Shown here one piece after another: positions 54,291 through 64,000 of a stretch of 64,000 nucleotides of DNA. The notes beneath the pieces are model-generated. The model ran no database searches. It was not told the origin of the DNA and worked only from the letters and a program-made list of their open reading frames with translations. This stretch comes from Octopus vulgaris (taxonomy: Eukaryota): the NCBI GenBank assembly GCA_951406725.2, contig OX597818.1:18228001-18292000 (forward strand). The letters run 5' to 3'. Position 1 is the first letter of the stretch. Every line of letters begins with the position of its first letter. Position numbers and translations under genes: made by a program.

Positions 54291-54334
54291 AATAGATAAA
54301 GGCATGAAAGAGTTGGTTGTGAATATCTTTTATC

Positions 54335-54585
54335 TTTTATTTGTTTCAGTCATTTGACTGCGGCCATGCTGGGGCACTGCCTTGAAGAGTTTTAATCGAA
54401 AAAATCGACTCCACGCTTTATATTTTAAAGCCTAGTACTTATTCTATCGGTCTTTTTTGCTGAACCGTCAAGTTACTGGAACGTAAATATACCAACACCG
54501 ATTGTCAATCGATGGTGGGGATACAAACACAGACATAAATACACACGCACATAGATATAAACATATATAACTGAAATAAGCACGT

Positions 54586-54633
<48 letters not shown>

Positions 54634-54770
54634 TATGACGGGCTTCTTTCAGTTTCCGTCTACCAACTCATGAGGCTTTGGTCAGTCCAAGGCTATAGTA
54701 GAAGACAGTTGCCCAAGGTGTCACACAGTGGGACTGAACCTGGAAGCATGTCCTACCACACAACTAGGCC
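54335..54770 (-). mobile_element. SINE family B, inverted (tail-to-tail with the previous copy)
   Basis: Reverse complement of the family B body. Confidence 0.88.
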
Positions 54771-56289
54771 CGTTAAAAATACTTACAAATTTTTAGTTGA
54801 TAGATTGTTCTGTTGTTGGGTTTATGAGTTTATGAAATGAGGAGGAGTTAGAGATTGAGGAAAAGGCAATAAAGACGTAGATGAAGAGGAGAAGAGTGGG
54901 GAAAAAACGAATAAGGATGTGGTAATAAAGGAGGAATATTGGAGAAGGAAGAAATGGGAGAGAAATATAGTGGACGGGGAGCGTAAAAGAAAGAAGAAAT
55001 GGATAAAGAAAAAGATCAAAATGAAGAAAGATCAATGAGGAAGAAGAATACAGAAAAAAAACCCAACCTAAAATCACAAAAATCAAAACTGTCTATAAAC
55101 AAACAAGCAGAGTAATAAGGGAGGAAAAGCACATGCTGGCATAGCTGGGGACGTAGATACATGTAAAATCCAGGAATTCATTATGTATATGCGCTCATAT
55201 ATTTGCAAATTTATGAAAATGAGAAAGGGTAAATAAATAAATAAAGGAATGTGTGTACATTGGAGATCCGTGGCTTTCACATTACAGTCCAACCAGCTGG
55301 CAATAATGAGTAATCCTGCACCGGACAGGTGTTCTGTCTAGTGGTGGGAATATACGCCAGAGTATCCTGGAAACCGTCCTTAAAAGTCTTCATGACATGG
55401 GAAAGAGTTTTGTCTTTTAATTTATGTCCAGTTTTTTATTCTTTTGTTACGTGCGTATATTGTACGTATTTAAGCCGGAGAATCGGCAGAATTGTTAGAG
55501 TGTAAGTACATGCAAAGTTGAAATGCAGCTAAAATGATATTCATTCATCAGTTTGGGATCGAAAATGTACCAGTCGAGCTCTAGAATCCCTTCTTGTTTC
55601 ACTCTTTTTTTCTAGGAAAAATTGGCTGTTATCTCACCAGGAAGGGATTGGGCTCAACATGTTTAAATAAATGCGTAACAGGGAGGTACACCACGATGAA
55701 ATTCAGATCCAGCTGAACCACGAAAAAAGCGCTCCAGCCACGATTATCCTGTCTATTTTTCAGAAAAAGCGAATTTGAACTAGTCTCTAAATTGTCCGAT
55801 CAATCAGTTTTCTTCTTGTTTTTAATGATGTTAGATTTGAAAAAAATTACTGCTATTTCTGTCATCTTAAGTAACAACTCAGAATCTCCTTCATTGGCTT
55901 GGGAGCCCTTTGTAACAAGCAGGTACGAGCAAAACGCCCCCCCCCCGTCCAATGGAGGGTGCTTAGTTGTCAAACATTTAAACCAAATTTTCTCAAAACA
56001 ACTTGTCCGACCGTCTCATACGCCTCCCCTTTGAGAAACACTGATTTAGCCTAAATTTGAGACACCAGCAAAAGAAGAAATAAAGATAGACTTTTTTCTA
56101 TTCCAAAGAAAAACGATTTTATTCACACAAATATGCAACCGAAGAGTTTAAAGTACCAGTAATGATAAGGCTGTTGACTGGGAGAACACAAACATGGTTT
56201 AAACAGTAAGCTTGGCAAGAAAGAAACGTGCCTTTAAGCAGTACAAAAACAACAAAAAAATGAACGGTGCAGTTATGTACAGGTTGACG

Positions 56290-56487
56290 AAAGAAAAGCA
56301 GGACAAAAACGGCTTTATCGATCGCATTCTCACCTGGAATCGATTTTTGTAATTTTTTCAAGACTTATACACGCCCTAATACCGTCGGTATCTACATATC
56401 AAATTTGAGCGCAATCAGATGGAGGATGCCCGAGATCCTAGAAGACACACACACACACACAGACAGAACTGATTTTATATAATAGAT
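56290..56487 (+). mobile_element. Helentron-associated (HINE/DINE-like) 3' fragment
   Basis: CAAATTTGAGC..(CA)n GACAG..TTTTATATAATAGAT end pattern followed by TT. Confidence 0.45.
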
Positions 56488-57496
56488 TTTGTTCGCTCAC
56501 AATCCTGAGGTAAAATCTTGATGTTGAGAAAAAAATGAAAGTGAGAGCGAGAGAGATAGAGAGAAGGAGGGAGAGAGAAAGGAGAGAGATCCACTAATGA
56601 TTAGTGATGGCAATCCCTTGTAAGTCGGTGCATCGAAATTCTAATTCTTTTTAATAATCCTGTTATTGAAATGTCACATTTTACTTTCAAGTAAACACTT
56701 ATATTTATAACATGATATTGTAGGAAGATTCCTTTCAAAGTTCATCGGGTGTCACCTAAAAGCTGGAACGCGTGTCATAGACTCGCCACTTCTTGTCTTG
56801 ATTCTCTCATTGAAAACTGCGAACTGAATAACGAAAGAAGCCCACCGAGCAGAGCACTTTGTTACCAAAGAATATTAATTCGTAGAAATTGTAGAACACA
56901 AAAACTATCAATAACAACAACCCATTATGGTCAGATCCGAACTCTGCTTTGCTTCTTAGTAAATAGATGCGAAATAAAAGTCTTGAGGGATAAGCTGCAT
57001 GAATCTAAGTAATTGCTTGTAAATTTTACAGCACAGTATATCGATGTGGATTGGCAGAATCGTTAGGAGGCCATCGTGTAGAAAGATTTTCAGTATTTAG
57101 TTATGGCTTAGTATTTCCTGAAATAAAAGCCTGCCCAGGTCAACTTTAACATTCTCCCTAAATTAACTAATTAATTAGACAGGTTAATTAGTTAATTTAC
57201 TTGTCAATGTTACCCGCCCCACCCACCATATTTTATTGTTGACCTTGTTCCAATATTATATATATCACTTTTACAACACTGTTGCCAATTGGAGTGGCGA
57301 GTTGTTTCTACTCCGAAGTAGCTATTTACTGAACTAGGTGGACTTGGCATAGTCATGAGTTAAATATACTGACCACTGACAATGTATTTTAGATGGTAAG
57401 GTACCAAGTACCGACCTATTAGCTGGGTCACACCAAATTTTAGAGAACCACAGCGATATAGCCATCAACAAAGTCCAGTACTTATTGTGGTATAAT

Positions 57497-57680
57497 GTGA
57501 AAGCGCATTGATTTGTATTTAGAACGTCGGGCTTATAATGATGAGGTAGTCAGTTCGATTCCTGGACCAGGCTGTGTGATGTGTTCTTGAACAAGACACT
57601 TTACTTCACTCAGCTGTAGAAATGAGTTGCGACAGCACTGGTGCCAAGCTGTGTCGGTCTTTGTCTTTCCCTCGATAACA
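57497..57680 (+). mobile_element. SINE family D, degenerate
   Basis: GTTCGATTCC B box and GTTCTTGAACAAGACACTTT core. Confidence 0.7.
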
Positions 57681-58879
57681 TCTATCTTTCTACGTTTTAC
57701 ATAGATTGTTCTGGGATTTTGTTCTTAGTCGCTATAGAAAACAATATCATAGTCACGTAATAAATATGCCAACTGAAAGGGAGAAATTAGTTGAAATCAC
57801 GTTGCAGGCACAACAACAAAAAGGTAAAACGACCGCCGGTAAAGCACGGCAAAATTAGTAAGGGAAGCAAAGCAGAATCAAACCCAACAGAAGGGTAATA
57901 ATAATGTAGATTCACTCACAAGAGAGAAGTTAAATTCCCAGAGACCAATTATAAATCCTCTCTCTCCAACAAAGAGTATCATAAAAATGTTCAACTACTT
58001 ATAAAATAAACATTTTTTATGAAGTAGGGATAATAAAAAAGTTACAAAAAACAGGATATGAATCAAGTAATACACAAATGTATATATATATATATATATA
58101 TATATAGGAACTTCGGAAACAACCAATGAATAAGAGATAAACAAATAACTTTAGTAAATGCCATACTTGTAAACATTTTAATAAAAATAACTTGAAGCTG
58201 ATAGCATCTGAAAAACCTGTCCAATCACAAAATAAGAGCTACGAAGAACTTTCATTATTTCAGGTAGAGCATAAATGTATAAACTTTTACAATCTATTTT
58301 CTAAAGAAAATAGATTGTAAAAGTATGCACACACATACATACACATAAGCATATATACATACATATATATAAATAAATGCATGCATACATACTAAAAACA
58401 TAGAAGCTTGCATATATACACACAGGCACACACATACATATATATACATTTAATGCTACCAGTGGTTTCATGTTAACAAAATTATCTTAAAATCTTAACA
58501 AATTTTCAAGCCGATCGCATGGAGGAATGGTGTTCGCCTCCGTTTTGGACGAAAATTCGAAAAACCTCGGGAATTCACAAACAGATCTCGTATAGAAAAA
58601 CAAGAAGTCAATGGCCGTTGCTCTTGGATGATACCTTTTGAGTGACTATTTATCTTGAGTTTGACTTTTGGGAAAAAAACCGTGATGATGAATATATTTA
58701 CATTATATTATATTATATTCTGGTTATATGTAATGTTCGTATGTTTATATGCTAATGGGGTTTATCAGGGGGGCATGTATCTTCTATGGGTGGCGTTCAT
58801 ATTTTGTATATATTCAATGTTCATGTTCAGAGAAAGAAAATATCCTTCTGGGATTTGCGGAGTAGGTGCTGATTTCTCT

Positions 58880-59500
58880 TTGAAATGTCGGGGTGTAAAA
58901 TATTGCTTGTGTATGCAGGTAGAGAAGTTTCATCTTTAATATTTAAGATGTTGTCTATTGACTAGATGATATTTAGATTTTCAGTGATATGGAGCTCCCT
59001 TGTATTTTTTGGCCTTAACAATGATGCTCCATGTTATTTGGAGGTTGCTTACCCTGCTTTCTTTCAATGTCCATATCATATTAGACAGGGTTATCACATG
59101 TCTTTTACTTTTGTCATTGAATGACGCCTGGTGCTGTGCGCATCTTTCCTTGAACGAGTTGCACGTCATTCCGATATATGTGTTTATTACTCCGTTGGGA
59201 TCCATCATTTTGACCTTGCATATAAGTTCTTTTACCAGACAGTTATCACTTAGAGGACAGCGGTTTGGAGATCTACTGTTACAGTGGGTATTGCTGGTGT
59301 GTCTAGTTTTATGGTGGTTGAGTATTATCGAGCCTATATTGGGGAGACGACTATATCCAACATTAACAGACTTTACCCACACGCACTCTTATATATATTT
59401 TAATTGGAACATATGTTAACCTCATAAAGGGATGGTTACATCCAATGAAATACTGGTTCAATATAGCATTATTTGGCAACGAAATTCTTTTAAAACAATA
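58880..59500 (-). mobile_element. Penelope GIY-YIG endonuclease remnant
   Basis: ORF 58981-59382: CPLSDNCLVKELIC..YIGMTCNSFKERCAQHQASF..ITWSII. Confidence 0.9.
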
Positions 59501-59905
59501 GGTATATATTAAGCATATAGTTTATATCCAGTTAGAATCTTCCTACAATATCATGTTATAAATATAAGTGTTTACTTGAAAGTAAAATGTGACATTTCAA
59601 TAACAGGATTATTAAAAAGAAAATGGAGAGCAGGAAGTTAATAATTATTTATTATTAACAAATTGGTCATCTTTATTTCTTACAACCGCTTCAATTAATA
59701 CTCAATAATTTAGTTACAAATTTGTGCATTAAATTTGCAATTATGTAACATGAACATAATTTCATTAGACAAAAAGATATACCTTGAGATGTTACATGCC
59801 GACCAATCAGCAGACTGAAATGGCTGTAAGAAGTAATACTGACCAATTTGTTAATAATAAATTATTATTAACTTCCTAATCTCCATTTTCTTTTCTTCAT
59901 TTAGT

Positions 59906-59969
<64 letters not shown>

Positions 59970-60093
59970 CATATGTGTGTGTATATTTGTGTGTGTTTGT
60001 GTGTGTTTGTGTGTGTGTGTGTATGTTAAATAAAATGAGACAACAAAGCCAAGGCTGTATGGGATTTTAAGAACATTTATAAAGAGAAAGTCA

Positions 60094-60141
60094 GTCTTAC
60101 AGTTGTTTCTGGGATATTAGGAATATCCCTTCCTCAGAGAC
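60094..60141 (-). ncRNA. Minimal type I hammerhead motif in a probable Penelope terminal repeat
   Basis: GTCT-CTGAGGA-A-GGGATATT cct AATATCCC-A-GAAAC-AACT-GTA-AGAC. Confidence 0.75.
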
Positions 60142-60440
60142 AATGTGAGATGGTTAAACAGAGGGAAATAGTAGAGTTCAATATAAGGAATTGTTTTGGA
60201 AAACGATGGAAATAAGAAGTTTAATGGGAAATAAGAGAATAAAAGTAAAAATTAAAATATATGTAGGATGTTATAGCTGCAGTTCCATTATCCAAGGAAA
60301 GTGGGGAGATTGAGTAGAAATGCTTCTTGTCCATGGTATATAAATTCCGATTGGAATTTACATACCATAGAGTTGATATTTTGTCATTACAAATGGAAAG
60401 TGTGGTGACGTAGATTCCATGTGCTGTTCATTCAAAAGGG

Positions 60441-60513
<73 letters not shown>

Positions 60514-61622
60514 ATATATATATATATATAGATACATAGATATATAGGTAAATAGATATTGTTTGAATGTCAAGGGGACATGGATTTCGTAATCAACACG
60601 AATTAATAGGAATTAAATAAATTCTTATTACGCTCTGTACTCGCCAATCGCTTTATTCCGAACCATACATATATTGAATCTTATATTCGACTAGTATCTC
60701 TATGTCTAAGTGAAATCATAATGTTCGCGCACACACACATGCATGTATAATCTCATATACATTCTAATTGCACACAAGTGTATGCCTCTGTGTGTGTGCG
60801 TGTTGGGGGTGTCTTTTATATGCGATTCACTTTATCTTTTACAGTTCTCTCTCTCTCCCTCCTTTACTACTACTTCTTTCGTTTTGTCATTCCTAGACTT
60901 TTTTTTATTATCACACGTTCTGTATTAACTTTCAAAATCTGTCTCGCCATTCTCTGAAAGACTGCAACATAACCATTTCCATTTCGTGTTTATATCTACT
61001 TACGTTTATAGATTTTATGACTGGGATTTTATGTTTAAAGAAGACTCATTTCTTTGAAATATATAAATGCATATATGTGTTTGTTGCACTCGAAGATTTA
61101 TCTCACGTAATACGGATATAATATCTATGCATTAGCTTATAAAATTAAAAATATTAATTTGTTTACTTACTTTTAGGTGTGAATGTATCTCACATGGGCT
61201 TAAATGTATGTGTGAGTATCTATATATACACCCACATAATGACTTCAAAGTTTGGTACAGGGCCAGAAATTTTCGAGAGGAGGGGGAAGTCGATGTAATC
61301 GACTTCAGTTAGGTTGAAAGACAAAGTTGACTTCGGCGGAATTTGAACTGAGAGCGTAAAGACAGACGAATATCTACATACATAACAGCTGCAAATCGAT
61401 TCCGAGGGTTACCATCGCTTGATGAGCAGCACAGATGTGGCTTTTCCGTCTTGTTAGGGACTTGCATTCTTTTGTATAGATGCGGCAATGTCAGGCACCT
61501 TTTGAAGTAGGTTTTACAATATTATTTTGCCGAACTTTCATGACGTTTCAGTCCCACTCTTGGCGCACATTCTTTTTCAGACTAATTTAAGATGGGCGTG
61601 TGTTTGCGCGTATTTATGCATA

Positions 61623-62070
61623 CCGTAAATCCTCGAGTATAGTGCGCCCTTGAGTATAATACGCAGAGGATTTTTAGGGGGCTGTACCTCTGAAAACCTA
61701 AACCTTGTGTATAATACGCACTCCTTCTCTAACTTGAGTCAAGGAGATCTATATAACGGCCTTGGTTTGTAAAAATGTATACGGTAACGTCCTTTATTAT
61801 TATTGTATATATAACATAATGTAAACGTGTTGCTTATTGTAAGTTATGGATGATTCTTTTATGACTTCATTGCTTTCAGGCTTAGCCTAAGGTATTTTCG
61901 TGCCCAATATCACAAAATGCGTCTGAATAAAAATTGTCGGACAGCAAATAGTGACGCCAACATTGCTTAGAAAATATTTTTCATTTTTAACCTCGTATAC
62001 AGTACGCACTAAGGATATTGACCTTTAAATTTTGGGGGAAAAAATGCGGATTATACTCGAGAATTTACGG
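61623..62070. mobile_element. pogo/Tigger-type MITE
   Basis: TIRs CCGTAAATCCTCGAGTATA and TATACTCGAGAATTTACGG with TA TSD. Confidence 0.9.
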
Positions 62071-62872
62071 TATATATAAGTATATTCTGCTCGAGATTTC
62101 ATCTTCCATGTCTCGGTACATATTCTCTGTGTCCCAAGTAAACGTAATCCTCGATTTTCTCACTTCCAATCTCTATTCAGCCTCATGTTGTTTTCGAGCT
62201 GCATGTATTTTACTTCCAAGCATTCATTTTCAAGCTACTCATGAACTATGAGTGTCCAGCTCTGTCTGCGCGACCTGCAGCTGATTTGTAGTGTTCGGCG
62301 AATTTTACAATATTATTTGCGAATCGGAGTTGTGTTAGTCACCCGCCGTTGTTGTTCACGCACCTGTCTGGTCGAGTGTTTTTAAAGACCATTTTCTAGA
62401 CATGCAACGAAGAGCTTTGAAGAGATGGTGCCTTCCTACTTGGAACTTTTACTGGTGGCGAAAGCAGAGTTGCATGTGTGCGTATATATATAAGTTAAAT
62501 ATAACTCTTTATCACAGTTCCGTTTTTACATTACTGATATGTTATATCCTTAAGCCTCCAGTATCGTTGTACAGTTGATGTTGTTGACGATAGATAAAGA
62601 ATACACTGTAACAGTGTTATAACAATACAAAATAGAAACAGCGGCAGTAACAAACAATCTTTTACAAAACAAAAATTAATATTTCTAACACACTAACTCG
62701 AACTGTAAACTGTACCTGGACTTCGAAGACCAAACTACGAACTGCTCTGCTGATTACGTCAGACCACTACTATTAATATGTAGTGGTCCCGTCTATTCTC
62801 GTCAGGGAGTGTCGTACTCTCGCCACAATATCTCCCCTTTTGAGATTTCGATTTCCAAAGGAACAAAGAAAT

Positions 62873-62930
<58 letters not shown>

Positions 62931-63049
62931 TAGTATTTTTTCGCTTGGGCCTTATCGCAAGGTGTTCTGTCTGCTTCTGTTTTCTCATGCTGGTTCTACG
63001 AGACTCCATTACTTCAATGCTGGGACATCAAATACATCAAAAATTACTT

Positions 63050-64000
63050 CCATAGGAATTTCTCTCCCTTCTTCTGTATGTCTCTTATTTAGCTGTTTTA
63101 TGTGTCTCCTACGTTCCCAGCGTGGTCCTTTAATATGATACATCATACTTCCTTATTTTTTGGTTACAAGGCCATTCTCTCAGCCTTTTTTTAAAATCAT
63201 TTCTGTAGGTTTTAAAATGCTCTTTATCTCCGTTGCATCTTTCGTACATCCTTTACATCTTTTTTTCCTCTGACAATAACTTATCTAAAATCGATTCTAT
63301 TCTTCTCACGAACATCAACACTGCAGGTGACTTACCTGAATATTTACTTGGATTGGGGGCTACTCTATATACCCTTAAGAAATTTGTTAGTGTTTTGTCG
63401 TTACTTAATTCGTTCTTAGCTTTTCTTAACGCTCTTTTGAATGTTCACGAATCTTTCTATCTGCGCATTTAACCTCGGGTGGTAGGGTGGAGTGAAAATA
63501 TGCTTTATCGCATGCATTTTACAGAAGTTCTTGAATTTATACCTCGAGAATTGCATTCCATTATCAGAAACTAACGTATCTGGAATACCGTATCACGTAA
63601 TCAATTCATATAGGAACTTCATAGTCTTAGTGATTCGTTTATTGCACCTGCATACCTCTGACCACTTTGTACAGCTGTCTATCACGATTAGATTGTAAGC
63701 CCCGTTTACCGGTCCGGCCTAATCGATATGTAACCTAGACTATGGGTTCTCAGTCTCCGGCCACGATTGATGTTTTACCGGCGAGGCTTTGGTCGCGAGC
63801 GCGCAATCTCGACAAGTTCTCACTGAATTTTCGACATCCCGGTCCATAGTCGGCCAACAGACGTAGCTCCTTATCAGAGCTTTCATCCTCGACATTCCCG
63901 GGTGTCAGCTGTGTAATTGCTGCAATACACGTTTTGTAGTCAGTACATCAGAATATCGTCGCATATTGAGAAACTACTCCAATTTGTATTTTTATTCTAC
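63050..64000 (-). mobile_element. Ty3/Gypsy integrase remnant
   Basis: H..HPGMSRMKALIRSYVCWP..CRDC, RLHID.AGP, IVIDSCTKWSEV, GIPDTLVSDNG, SPAVLMF. Stops and frameshifts; runs off the end of the window. Confidence 0.9.

Overview
Eukaryotic, AT-rich, microsatellite-dense DNA. The SINE families and repeat landscape suggest an Octopus-type cephalopod genome (inference). Almost all ORF-track entries are artefacts of (TA)n/(CA)n/(TACA)n tracts. The window is dominated by mobile elements: three decayed mariners, pogo- and hAT-type remnants, an R4/Dong-like LINE with an internal inversion and a nested long-TIR element, several Penelope remnants, RTE and Gypsy fragments, and about 20 tRNA-derived SINEs. 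A minus-strand host gene that I cannot identify is suggested by spliced exons at 19.3-21.1 kb (PPxY motif, Gly/Asp-rich tail), with further candidate exons upstream. Four observations stand out: (i) an unclassified GGATC-ended TIR family carrying internal (CCCTAA)n, one copy flanked by a 35-bp duplication that ends exactly at a SINE 5' end and one copy a 728-bp foldback; (ii) at least four minimal hammerhead-ribozyme motifs with self-complementary helix III, two of them in GC-rich non-coding inserts, plus a retrozyme/pLTR-like 513-bp tandem unit; (iii) recurrent snap-back palindromes next to microsatellites; (iv) a perfect 87-bp inverted duplication about 2.8 kb apart. All calls are by eye, with no database search.
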